The notes below the pieces were generated by a model. The model was not told the DNA's origin and made no database searches. It worked only from the letters and a program-made list of their open reading frames with translations. The position numbers and the translations under genes were made by a program. Of a DNA stretch of 64,000 nt, positions 50,974-62,779 are shown piece by piece (within the stretch, counting starts at the first letter, position 1; each line of letters begins with the position of its first letter). Origin of the DNA: Blepharisma stoltei ATCC 30299 (Eukaryota; Protista; Ciliophora); NCBI GenBank assembly GCA_965603825.1, contig CBFDEM010000064.1, forward strand, positions 310,001-374,000, read 5' to 3'.

Positions 50974-51633
50974 ATGATAAGGACTCTTTTCAGAAGCTTC
51001 GCACGAAAAGTTGCTAAAGAGACAGCACTTCCTCCAGGCACCGAGAAAAATGAGTTGACAAAAGCTCTTGATTCATTTATCGGAGAAAAACTCAAAGAAG
51101 GAAAAAGTCCAGAAGAAGTCCTAAACTATATGTTTGGTAAAGCTGCCATTAATAGGGTACACGAAGCTATCAACACACGACAGAAAATGGATTTCGACGA
51201 CGTCGAGATAAAAATCTCTGATGAATTAATGCAAAGAATTAAGCCTTTTATGCCAAAAGATAGTGATATTACAAACTTGAAAAATATCATCCAACAAAAG
51301 GAGCTGGAAGAGAGAGAACAAGCAGAAAAATCGGCAAAAGAAAGCAATATAGAAGAGAAAAAAAATATTAGTAAAGAAGAAATTAAAGCAAATAAGGAGA
51401 TAATAAATGAAAATGACACAACTAAAATAAACGACCCTATTGGAAGGAGAGCGAGCCATTTAAGAAATAGAAGAAAGGAAAAATTATCAAAAATAAATGT
51501 TGAAGAGGAGAAGAAAAATAATAAGAAAGGAGAAGTACAAAAAGAAGTAAATAAAACAAGTAAAAATTCTTCTCCTGGAGGAGATATTGAAAAGAGACTT
51601 GAGCAATTGAGAAGTAATAGAAACAGACCATAA
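50974..51633 (+). CDS. Hypothetical charged protein, possible mitochondrial targeting peptide
   Basis: 219-aa ORF; the N-terminus MIRTLFRSFARK is Arg/Ser-rich and acid-free. Confidence 0.65.
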   Translation: MIRTLFRSFARKVAKETALPPGTEKNELTKALDSFIGEKLKEGKSPEEVLNYMFGKAAINRVHEAINTRQKMDFDDVEIKISDELMQRIKPFMPKDSDITNLKNIIQQKELEEREQAEKSAKESNIEEKKNISKEEIKANKEIINENDTTKINDPIGRRASHLRNRRKEKLSKINVEEEKKNNKKGEVQKEVNKTSKNSSPGGDIEKRLEQLRSNRNRP

Positions 51634-51899
51634 AAGCGAATTATACTTAATAATGATTTATTTAAAAATAAGTTTAGTCTAGAAAGATAAGCAATTTGTA
51701 TAAGATGTACTAAAACATATTGTCTTAAAAAGGATAATTAGCGAGATAGCCGAGCTGTCTTTATTTAATTATTTATGCGTGTTCATTTAATTTATATCGT
51801 TATTTAACTTAAACAAGAAAGCTCATTTATAGCAATACCCTCATAATTTGATTTAAAAATTTGTTTTGTTATTTAATTTCAGGCTCAGTTAAACTGATT

Positions 51900-52286
51900 T
51901 TATAGCGCACACTCCTTTGGCAAGGCATCTCTAAAGTACATTTGCTGACTCACACTATTTTCATATAGATACCAAAAAGATTTGTAAAAGCTTTCAGCAA
52001 AGTTCAAGTCGATCTGGCAAGGCTGATAAGCTTGATATGGGTTTTCAAGTTCATACTGAGTCTCAGCGTCTCTCCTATATAATTTTTACACTGCCTTCCT
52101 GCATCCTTTAAAAATCTTCTCTGCAGGCTGTTTCTTCATTTTCTGATGATGTGACCTACACTGCTGTATAGTCCTAGTCTCTACTAGCTTGGCAATCTTT
52201 TTCCAGTCCAGGCTTCTTTTTAGCCCTTCTCTATACTTCTCATGCTCGGATTCGCTCCATCTACCGTGGTTTATAATTTTAGTCAT
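51900..52286 (-). CDS. Single-repeat SANT/Myb (SHAQKY-like) protein; 15-nt intron 52075-52089
   Basis: GRWSESEHEKY..DWKKIAKLVETRTIQQCRSHHQK. Removing the intron gtaaaaattatatag removes the stop and extends the frame to TAA 51900-51902. Confidence 0.85.
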
Positions 52287-52324
52287 TTTTATTATATCTA
52301 CTTAAGATATAGGATTTTAGTAAA
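52287..52324. promoter_or_regulatory. 38-bp head-to-head intergenic region (putative bidirectional promoter/overlapping 5' UTRs)
   Basis: Lies between ATG 52286 (-) and ATG 52325 (+). Confidence 0.55.
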
Positions 52325-53317
52325 ATGGAAGCAGAAAGAAGGATTGAGCACGAAAGGACAATCATGGACCCAAATGTAGAAATCCTCACAGTTAGATGAA
52401 ATCCTGATGACTCTCATATCGCCTCCGCCTGCAGTGACGGCACTGTCAAAATTTACTCATCAGTAAGTGGAAGCTTTATAAGGACTTTGAACTGTAGAGT
52501 CGGGACTGGGCCAGTCCCTATTACAGGGATCCGCTGGAGACCTTCTGCTTCCTTTGGAAAAACCAAAAACATCTTAATCGCCCTGACTGTAGAAGGAACT
52601 ATCATGCATTGGCATGCGACATCTGGAAAAACGCTTAACACTATCAAGCTAGACTGCCAAACCTTAAGCTTAGACTACGACTATGAAGGAAAACGCTTCG
52701 CTGTCGGCTGCTCTGATATGAACATAAGGATTTACGACGAGTCTACTAAAGAAGTCATCTCTAATTTAGTCCCAGGAATGGGTGAACTGCTTGGCCATGT
52801 AAACCGCATTCATTCGGTAAAGTTTCTCAGCGACAATATGATAGTCAGTGGAGGGTGGGATAATAACATTTTACTATGGGATATCCGAAGTGGAGCTGTA
52901 GCAAGAGGAATGTATGGCCCTCAGATAGCTGGAGATTCAATAGACTCGACCTCAAACTTGATTTTGACTGGCGGGTATCAGATTTCTGATCAATTGCAGC
53001 TTTGGAGAGTTGATGATGCGTCTTTGGCGTATTCAGAGACTTTGAGGTCAAGTGAAAGAGCTTGTATGGTTTATTCGGCGCAGTTTAGTAAGCATGACTG
53101 TGGAGCTATTTTTGCACTTGGCGGGGCTGGGTGTGATGAAGCTTATTTCTATGAGACAGCGTCTAGAAGACGGTTCGCTGTTTTAAATAACTTGGTAAAG
53201 CCTATTTATTCTATTGATTTTGCAAATTATTCCAACAGGGTTGCAGTTGGAAGTGGAGATGGAAGCTTGAGGATGCTCAGTGTTTTAGAGCCAACAGTAG
53301 TTGATCAAGAAATATAA
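52325..53317 (+). CDS. WD40-repeat protein
   Basis: ATG 52325; TVR(TGA)NPD..ASACSDGTVKIY, GHVNRIHSVKF..VSGGWDNNILLWDIR, AVGSGDGSLRM. Confidence 0.9.
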
Positions 53318-53370
53318 ACAAAGAATAAATTAGTTATATTGACTTATCTAATATTTGCATATATAATTTA

Positions 53371-53715
53371 TTATTTTCTTGTTAATTTTTGTATGATTTC
53401 TTGAGAAATTTTACTTGGTTTCTTCTTTTTAAGCCTTTCTAAGTTTTGTTCATATAGCGCTTTCGGGTCTACTGAGATGTCACTTTCTTCAATTCTCTCC
53501 AATTTACTTTTAAACTGCTTTGGCATTTTCTCGACTTTTTTGTGCTTTCTCTTTTTAATTTGTTTTTCAGGCCTCAAAATCTGCTTGTCTTTTTCCTTTT
53601 GTAAGAGCTCAGCATAGATCTCTTCAAATGTCCTTTTCCTTTTAACAGGAATTTCACCAGCACTTGGCTCGTCTTCTTCCTTTGCCAGATATTTTCTTAA
53701 AAGTGTGATGGACAT
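53371..53715 (-). CDS. Small Lys/Glu-rich hypothetical protein
   Basis: 114-aa ATG-to-TAA ORF in a tightly packed gene row, with NLS-like basic clusters. Confidence 0.6.
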   Translation of the reverse strand: MSITLLRKYLAKEEDEPSAGEIPVKRKRTFEEIYAELLQKEKDKQILRPEKQIKKRKHKKVEKMPKQFKSKLERIEESDISVDPKALYEQNLERLKKKKPSKISQEIIQKLTRK

Positions 53716-53737
53716 TTCTTTATATTATGTTTATTAC

Positions 53738-53995
53738 TTAATAGGAATGCTTGGCTTTTTGTCGCAGAGAATTTTTCTTTTGCTTTTTTAAGTACTTGTT
53801 TTCGATCATATTATCTCTGTCTTTTCCTTTTCTGAGCATCCTTGACTTCTTGCCTACGATTGCTTTGGATTTGATTGGGATTTCAGATTTATCAATGCCG
53901 CTTCTGGTGATGGTTTTGGCTTCTTTTACCTTTTCTTGGATTGATACAGGCTCTGCGTCGCTGTCTTCGTCGAGTATCTTGAAGATGTTGTCCAT
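53738..53995 (-). CDS. Small basic hypothetical protein (gene X)
   Basis: 85-aa ORF. A partial inverted copy at 56729-56870 carries a frameshift, which suggests this is the functional copy. Confidence 0.6.
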   Translation of the reverse strand: MDNIFKILDEDSDAEPVSIQEKVKEAKTITRSGIDKSEIPIKSKAIVGKKSRMLRKGKDRDNMIENKYLKKQKKNSLRQKAKHSY

Positions 53996-54017
53996 ATTAT
54001 ATATGGACTTCTTTGAC

Positions 54018-54884
54018 TAATAATTTCGAGACCAATTTAATTAATATTAGCCACTTTTGATTTAGATATTTTCTATTCTATTTACAAGATAAATAAAATA
54101 TATCTGTTATAATCAAAGAATATATATTTACTTAGAAAATTATCCAGAACCGCATTGAAGTTACTGATTTATATGATTATCTCTCTTTTACAAAAATAAA
54201 ACATATAAGAATATTGAGGATTATTGATCTGCTCATTTAAAAGTTGACTTTTAAAATTTATATAAAATAGAATAATTCTAAAAATTTCAAAAATATTAAA
54301 AAATTATCCTAATTACTATTGCTTATCTTCATGACCGGGTTTATAAGCTTCCCAATTCAAATACACAAGCGGGAAAGTAAAGCTCAAACTAAACAAAACA
54401 ACTTAGCAGCTACATAATAAGTTTCCCAATTTTAGCAAAAATAAAATCACCTAGATATAATTTACATAAAAATAAATCAATATTGCTCACGTCAAAATCG
54501 CTAAATGTGTCGCCAATCTATGATAAAACCAAAAGAAAATAAAATACCTGAATATCCCTTGTATAAAAGGAATGACTTTGATCTTAATTGATAACTTCTT
54601 GTAAATCTTCCACGAATAATAAGAGCCAGCGAGGCTATTACCCAATCAAGTAATGCTGAATCCAAAGTAATGCATACTCCCTAGGAGTGTAAGATTTCAG
54701 CCGCAGGCCAAAAAATTGCAATTGCTTTGACTATTAATTACGGCACCCAAGAAAGGGAGATAATTTTGGAAAATGACCTTTTAGATTTTAGGGAAGATAT
54801 GACGAAATGAAGATAGCTTTGGGATAAGTTGACAAGTAGGCGATGACTAATTATAAAAATCAGTCTCCCTGCAATAGACTTTGT
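54018..54884. repeat. Direct duplicate of ~58121-59010
   Basis: Collinear shared words: agaccaatttaattaa, tatatgattatctctcttttt, ttattgatctgctcattt, acgtcaaaatcgctaaa, actattaattacggc, aatagactttgta. Confidence 0.88.
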
Positions 54885-55307
54885 ATTAGTGGTTGTCGCG
54901 TCTGAAAAGTAAGAAACTTTTAAGGTGCCATCCTTAGTTGATGAGACAATATAATGTGCGCCAGTGTCAGATCCGAATTGAAAAATTTTGTCACTAATAG
55001 TTTTTTCAAAGCTTACCCAAAATCCAAATGCGTATTCTGAAGGAGTGATTAAACTGGATGTGTCTGTTGTTAAGCTCCAGGTTTGAGCACCGTCCAGGCT
55101 TGCTGAATAGCAGCTAACATATGGATCTAGACTACTACCATCATCTGCAGTTATATAAGGAGAATTGCTATCTACAGTAGCAATGCCAGTAGGTAGAGTA
55201 TCTTCTGTTGCTTTCAAAAGATACCAAGATGCTGATTGAGTAAATCCCTTGTCAAATAAAAAGAGAGCGAGGACGACGAGGATATTTAGCGGCTTTGAAT
55301 AAACCAT
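54885..55307 (-). pseudogene. 5' half (141 codons) of family member C, on the minus strand
   Basis: MVYSKPLNILVVLAL...EYAFGFWVSF...SDATTTN is collinear with member B. Homology ends at AAT 54885-54887, and the ORF runs on into unrelated sequence to 54738. Confidence 0.85.
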
Positions 55308-55595
55308 TTTTTTTATAAGCAGTTTTATCTAACTTTTAGAAATACTTGTTAAGAATTTTAATAGTAAATTTTATTAAGAAATGCTTTGATTTTTTTTCAA
55401 GTTAATGAATTGGAAAGCTAGGAAAGAAATTATAAATTACTATAATGCAGCTCCAGTCTTGCTTTAAAATTAAATAAAATATCTGTAATATTACTTAGCT
55501 TTGAAAACGCCACAAATGCCTATATTTAAAACTAATTTTTTGCTTAAAGATAGTGACAAGGATTTGGATATTCAATTTCTTGTCCCTTTTGAACG

Positions 55596-56589
55596 AATCC
55601 AGCTAATGACATTTCCTTCACTGTCCCTTTAAGTAATTTCTATACAGACAAGTTTTTCCTTATTGTGTTTCACTTTAAAGATAGCTCAGGCACCGTTACT
55701 TTAGAGGTTATATTGCCTGGCAAACCCCGAATTCCCAAAACTTCAGGAAGCTCAACTCCTGCTTTTGCGATGCCTGGTGGGGTATTTTATTTTGGAAAGT
55801 CAGTTAAGGGAAAGTTCGTTAGCATTCTTCTTGCAAAGAGCGCTACCATAGATGATACCTTTAATACAATAACATTAGATGATGGCTCAAATCCTTATGA
55901 TATAGCAGTGCCTTGCACTTCTGATGTAACTTGCATTGATAGTGTATGTCTTAATATGGGCTCAGAAAATGTATGCTTATCATCAATGCAGTATTGCGCT
56001 GTTTGTACAGCCACCGAGTGCACTACTTGTGAACCTGATTCAGCTAGAGATGAGGATACTTTTTGCACAACTTGTAAGACTACTAATGAAATTAAAAATG
56101 GGCACTGTAATTTCTACATAGGTTGCGCCATAGCCAACAATTGTGCTGAATGCTCAGCAAAAAGCACTCAATGCGATGTATGTGAGGCTGAATACTTCCT
56201 TTATGACGATAGTGCTACTTCAACATCTTGTCTTTGTAAGATTTTATTTAGCTTGTACTGACTCCTGCACTAGTTGTGAGCCAGGTCCTGATTGCTATAC
56301 TTGTGCTACAACAATAACTCAAACAGGAACTACTTGCCGAGTCGATTCTATTGGATACCAGGTGAGCGCTGATCTTCCGAATATCGTATTTGACTTTGCT
56401 CATCCTCTTTCAACTGGACTGTCGAAAAGTTCATTTAAAGCTACTTCAAACTCAGGTGCAGATATCCCAACAACTGGATGGACTATAACTGGCTGCACAG
56501 CAAGCTTGAAACAATGCAAAGTTAATGCTCCTAATGTTCAAGAAAGCGATTTCCCAATAACACTTGACGTTGAGTTTATTCAAGCCTAG
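55596..56589 (+). pseudogene. 3' half of family member C, on the plus strand; introns 56107-56121 (15 nt), 56236-56251 (16 nt)
   Basis: NPANDISFTVPLSNFYTDK...LDVEFIQA* is collinear with member B from the exact point where the minus-strand half stops. No internal lesions. Confidence 0.85.
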
Positions 56590-56728
56590 TCTCTTTTAGG
56601 GTAACTAACCTTTTCTCAAAAACCATTAAACCTTCTATTAATTTATGTCAAGGATTATAATATAAGCATTCAATGTATACAAAATTCTTGGAAAAGCAAA
56701 ATAATAACCTAAGAAGTCCATATATAAT

Positions 56729-56870
56729 ATGGACAATATCTTCAAGATCCTCGACGAAGACAGCGATGCAGAACCTGTGTCAATCCAAGAAAAGGCAAAA
56801 GACGCCAAAAGAATCACCAGAAGCGGCATTGATAAATCTAAATCCCAATTAAATCAAAAGCAATAGTATT
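56729..56870 (+). pseudogene. Truncated inverted copy of gene X (53738-53995)
   Basis: MDNIFKILDEDSDAEPVSIQEK... then a 1-nt deletion (aaatct-aaatccc) and truncation. Confidence 0.85.
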
Positions 56871-57801
56871 AAAGATATTTTTTGGTGGGGATTTTGCGAA
56901 AGACTATGTAAAAATATTATTTAATTCACCAATAATAAATTCTTAATTTTATAACACTTCAGTCTAAGACACCAAAAATTTCCCAGCACTATCTTAATTA
57001 AAGCAAAAATTATTATAATTTAAGAACATCTACTTTACTAGTTAGATTAAAAAATAGTTCAGCTTTGAATAGAAGAAATACCGTAAATTTAATAGTCAAA
57101 CGTAATTGGCTTTAAATTCATCTAAAATAATCTGGCTAATTATTGAATTTTTATTACGAGCTCTACCATTTAAAATATAACTATATGTAAATGGTGCAAG
57201 AAGCGTTTTAATAGTTTAATTAAGGATAATTATTTAGATTCAAATATATTATGACATTGGTTTATAATCTCACACATTAGGTGATTTTTGCACAAGCAAA
57301 ATATATTTCTTTTGCCAATCTTTCTGACAGAGCTGCCTTCAAAAATTTTAGGCTTAATCTAATAGAAAATTAAAAATTGAGCCTTATACCAAATAGGCTA
57401 GATTTAATTTTGATATCGATTTATTTTCTTTAGTCTAAGAATTAAGCTTATAAATAAATTAAAACGGTGCAGGAATCGTTCCGACCTCTTAACTGCTCAG
57501 CTAATGATGGAAAGTGGCTGAGAACCTTGACAAAAGAAGCGCAGCGTTAACACGCATATCCAATAACGTCGTACAGACGTAGTAAGGCAGAAATCATGAT
57601 AAGATCAGCGAGGAATCAATTGTTGGAGTTATTTTTTTTTCATGGGTGGTGGAGCATAAAGTTTAAAAAGGATTCTCATAGCAGTAACTTAGGATGTTCT
57701 AGATCATTCAGGAAACTTACTCATCGTGATACATTGCATATTTGTTTTGAGTTTTTTTGTTAGTTAGCAGCTTATTCAAAAATTCATGCTTTTTGATTCT
57801 C
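56870..57801 (-). repeat. Distal part of the family upstream block (homolog of ~12610-13640)
   Basis: Reverse-complement match to the block upstream of member B; same-strand match to ~63130-63990. Confidence 0.82.
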
Positions 57802-58120
57802 TGCAGAAGGCGACCTTGCTGATGTGAAGTGATAGGGCGTAAACTAGCTGAATTCTGGAAGCGAGTGCTGTCCTTCTTCAGGAAGAGGTATTACAGTGCA
57901 AGGCTTGTGCGGACTGACTTAATAGTTGCAGGTCTTTATGAATAGGAATAAGAACCTTTGGACCAGTGTGCTTTTAAATAATTTAAATTTAGCTAATTGA
58001 AGAAAAATAATTAAACTCTTAGCCTTTTTCAAGCGAGCTTAAACACCTCTTTTATGTTCGAAAATCGCATTAGAATTTTGGCATCAAGAGTATTTGGGTG
58101 AAATTATTAGTCCAAAGAAA

Positions 58121-59010
58121 TAATAATTTCAAGACCAATTTAATTAAAATTACAATTAAAAATCCGATAAGGATTATATTTTCTATACTATTTACAAATA
58201 AGTAAAATATATCTTTTATAGTGTTAGAATATATATTTAGGAAATTATGCAGAGCCTTATAGAAAATTTTGATATATATGATTATCTCTCTTTTTTCAAA
58301 AAAAGCATAAGATATTGAGGGTTATTGATCTGCTCATTTGAAAGTTATATCGTCAAATTAATTGACTTTTAAAGTTTAATATAATTTTAAAAATTCAATA
58401 AAATTTTAATAAATTGTAAATTTTTAATCCTAATTACTCTTTCTCATCTTCAGGATGGGACTTATAAGCTTCTCAATATTCAAATACACGAGCGGAAAAA
58501 TAAAGCACAAACTAAACAAAACAACTCCGAAGCTGCATAATAAAGTTTCCCGATTGTAGAAAAAATAAAATCACTAGATATAATTTACATAAAGAAAAAT
58601 CAATATTTGCTTACGTCAAAATCGCTAAAAGGTGTCACCAATCTTTGATAAAACCAAAAGAAATGAAATCCCTGAGTACCCCTTGCATAAAGTAATGCTC
58701 TCAATTTAAGTGATAACTTCTTGCAAATCTGCCACAAATAATAAGATCCAGCGAAGTTATACCCAAGCCAAATAATGTTGAATCAAGAGCAATGCATATT
58801 CCCCAGGAATGAAAAATTTCCAGCAGCAGGAAAAAAATTTGCAATTTTTCCAACTATTAATTACGGCGCCTAAGAAAGGGAGACAATTTTGGTAAAATAG
58901 CCTTTCAGATTTTAGAGAATAGGCGATGAAAAGAAGGTAGCATTGGGCTTAGGTGGCAAGTGAGCAAGGACTAATTATAAAAATCAGCCTCTTTGTAATA
59001 GACTTTGTAA
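58121..59010. repeat. Direct duplicate of 54018-54884
   Basis: Collinear with indels. Confidence 0.88.
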
Positions 59011-59149
59011 TAAGTTGGCAGAGGATTATCAGTATGTGGCAAAAACCGAGGATTTTTTCGACCAAATATGGACTTTGAAGGTTTCTAGGGATTCCTGCTA
59101 AAAATGATATCTTTTACAGCATGGCAGTGATGGCTCTGCCACAATTTAC

Positions 59150-59920
59150 TCATGACTTTGAAATTTAGAGTCGGGACTGGGCCAATCCTTATTGCCAAGG
59201 ATCCGCTGTGATCTTCTGCTTCCTTTGGAAAAACCAAAAAGATCTTAATCGCCCTGACTGTAGAAGGAACTATCATGAATTGGCATGGGACATCTGGAAA
59301 AATGCTCAATACAATTAAGTTAGACTGCCAGACTTTAAGCCTAAACTACGAATATGAAGGAAACGCTTCGCTGCTATAGCGAGTCTACTAACGACGCAAT
59401 CTTTAATTGGTTCCAGGAATAGGCAAACAGCTTGCCTATGTGAGCCACATTCATTTGGAGAAGTTTCTCAGTGGCATTATGATAGTCAGTGGAGGATGGG
59501 ATAGTAGCATTTACTATGGGATATCCTAAGTGGAGCTGTAGCAAGAAGGAATGTATTGCCTCAGATAGCTGGAGACCAAATAGACTCAACCTTAAACTTG
59601 ATATTGATATGCGAGGGTCAGATTTCTGATCAATTTGCAGCTTTTGAGGGCTCACGATGCGTCATTGATATATTCAGAGACTATGAGGTCAAGTGAGAAA
59701 GCTTGCATGGTTTATTCGACGCATTTCAGTAATCATGACTGTGTAGATATTTTTGCATTTGGTGGGGGGGTGTGATGAAACTTATTTCTATGAGGCAGGA
59801 TCCAGAAGATGGTTGGCTTATTGATTAACTTTGTAAGGCCTATTTATTCTATTGATTTTGCAAATTATTCCAACAGGGCTGCAGTTGGAAGTGGAGATGG
59901 AAGCTTAAGAATGCTAAGTG
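59150..59920 (+). pseudogene. Degenerate copy of the WD40 gene (52480-53280)
   Basis: Near-identical stretches (agagtcgggactgggcca, cttaatcgccctgactgtagaaggaactatcatg, gcagttggaagtggagatggaagc) with multiple indels and stops. Confidence 0.92.
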
Positions 59921-59999
59921 AAATAAGGTAAAGATGAACAGGTAGATTTCTATAATCCTATTAGATTAGCTTAAAAAACTATATGTTTTGATAGTTCCT

Positions 60000-62450
60000 A
60001 TTTCCTTCACGCCATATGCTCTACAGTTAGTGCGAAGCAATCCTTTAAGCAGCTTGAGCTATGGATCAGTAAATCTAGAAGAATTGTCTCTCAAATCCGA
60101 ATTATAAAGGAATTTTCATTTTCAATCCAAGCGTCAAGATTATTCAATACTACTTATTATATAGGAAGTTACCTTTAATATTCCGATTCTTTAGGCAACA
60201 ATAATTTGCAATTGGAAACTAAATGCTGATTTGCTTTACCAAGGAGTTTTTATTGCCCAAAGAATCGAACTATTTTTTTAACTTGGTGTATGCAAGCATA
60301 GGAGCCATATGCAGGCATGCACATGGGCTGCTCTGTTTGCGCAGCTTTGGATATTATAAATTCTCAATTGCAGGATGGTAATTCAACAAAAGGAGTAGGA
60401 GCTATATATTCAAGTCGGAGTACCATTTACCTTCAATCTTCGTTCTTTAGTTAACTCATTTTCCCTCTGGAGCTTCATCAATGCAGCATATGACAGCAAT
60501 TTAGAAATTAATGACTGTCAGTTTCTAAACATCTTTTTTTTAGATAGGATCATCTATGCATATCAAGCCTCAATCTTAATAGAATTCTCATTTTAATAGA
60601 TTTACAGATTCTGGTAGATATACCAGCCAGCTAGCAAGCCTATAAATAAGAGACTCCCATTTCAATGAGGAAATGGGGCTCTGGCAGGGGTCTATTTACT
60701 GTTTAAATTTTGAGTCAACTTACCTTGAAGATTGATCCTTTACAGAAAATTATGTGGGGCCTTTAGGTGAGGCATTATACACAACAACAAATAATAATAG
60801 AAATGCGAATGAAGCAACTGCCTATTTTTACTTAATACTGGAGGAGCAGGAGTGGCTATCTATGCAAATGATATCACTTTTGCGATTACTTCATCTCAAT
60901 TTGCTGGTAATAAAGCTGACGTTTTATGCTCGGAAGCAAAAAAACTATGGGGGCCTGGAGGAGTTTATATGAGCTGTTCAAATGCGAATACAGCTTGGAC
61001 TCAAACTTAGGCTGCATGCTTGACTGGTTCTGCTGTAGCTATGTGTCATAGGAGCTATAGAATATCTCAAAAGCCAGGGTATTGAAGAGATAGCCCATAC
61101 ACAGATCAGCTCTGGGTATGTCCTAACCCTTATGCTTATCTTGGATCCTTTGATGCAAATAATGTCTCCTATACTGTGATTTCAGCAAAACTGCAAACGC
61201 AACAAATACCAAGAAAATTACTCTAGATCATTAAGCAGTAAGCGTATAAAATACGCGTGCTTAGCATTCAAAATCGTTATAATAATTTCAATTTTTTGCT
61301 TGCTCATCATTTAAGCTTTCTCACTAGAGATCCATAATCAATTCAGCCTTAAAACCGGCAGCTCTAGTGTCAGTATACCTGAAAATCTTTTTGAATTGCA
61401 TACAATTGGTAAATATTGCTTCCACTTTTGACTTAAGCTGGCCCTCAGAACTGAAGGAAATATTTTACATCCAAAATGGAGTAGACTATGTTTATCAACA
61501 AGTCTATTCTTTTGAGTGTTGCTTGAAAGAAGATACTGAAAGCGATGCCTGCTTCAAAGCGTTGATAATTATCGCAGCATTTCCAGCAATTGCTTTTTCA
61601 TAGACTTTATTATATGAATGTTTATTAAAGCCATTCAGAAATCACATAAAAACTTTTGAGATGATTTTATATCAACCTGTATCATTATTTTGTTCCTTAT
61701 ACACCCAGCATTCATAAAAAACTGCTTGGCTTCTTAACTGCACAGAAATTAACCTGGAGAATTTTAACTCAAGGAAGATCTTTACATAAGATGCTGAGAG
61801 GTAAGAAACGTCTTTTATAGTTTAGCTGCTACCTTTCCTACTTTAATAGTATTAGTATTTTTTTTCCTTGTAAAATGTCTATAAGCATTATAAGGCAGAG
61901 AAAAATGGTGGAAAATATCAATGTCAAGCTAAGATACGGATTTCTTTTAGTAGATTTAAGTCAAAACAATATTTTCGGGAATTTGTTATTTTATATAACA
62001 AGCTCTCTTAGTTTGATGCTCAGTTTTTCTGACGGTTTTAAATATAAATATCCGTGCACTAATTGCTGCAGCCTTATTGCTATTATTTTGGGATCTCTAA
62101 TTTGAAAGCAAGCCCTTATATTGAAGATAACTAAATAATATAGAGCTAGCCGAAAAAAGCAGTTTGCATGGTCACAATCCGCAGTGGATTATTTTATTTA
62201 ACCAGCTCTGGGATATAGCGAAAATCATTTTATTAATTTTTATATTTATCGCAAATATATATTTTGTGACTTATTGATTCTTCAATTTATTTAGCTTTAG
62301 CCTGCTAAATCGATTTAAAAACATAAAGAAGTTATTTAAAGGCGCTAAGGTCATGCCTACTTCAAATCCTGAAGTTATTAGCCAGCCAGATGCTTTTAAA
62401 AATGGCAGAAGAAATAATTTTTTTTCATCTCTTTAATTGAAAGCTTGAGC
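60000..62450 (+). pseudogene. Decayed large ciliate membrane protein gene (GGA-repeat extracellular region, Cys motif, multi-pass TM)
   Basis: Fragments GGAGVAIY, KPGY(TGA)RDSP..CPNP, KIFLNCIQLV..FDLSWP, KLRYGFL, with many TAA/TAG stops and frameshifts. Confidence 0.65.
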
Positions 62451-62779
62451 TTAAGACCTATATGTGCATTTTGCAAGAGAGTTTGAAATCTTACCAGAAA
62501 ATTTTGATCAATAAAGACCCTTTAAAAGTGCTTTGACTCTCGACCAAAGCCATGGAGAACTTGTTGATTTCTCAAATGCTGAATGCTTTTATGTTAACCC
62601 CAGGAGCTCAGGAGTGATTTACATTGACAACAATTGCTCTCAGCTATCATTAATTAGCTGCAGCTTTATTGAAAGCATCACCGGCTTAGTTGGGCGTTAT
62701 ATTTTTTAGGCTAGTATTGTCAATTGAGTCTATTGCTTTTGATTCAAATATTTTCCTTTTCTTTTAGGAGGAGCTAAGG

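Noticed and set aside
57802-57975. GC-richer island as a possible ncRNA or ribozyme
   Set aside because: No recognisable tRNA, snRNA or hammerhead core by eye; more likely a decayed coding fragment. An Rfam scan would be needed.
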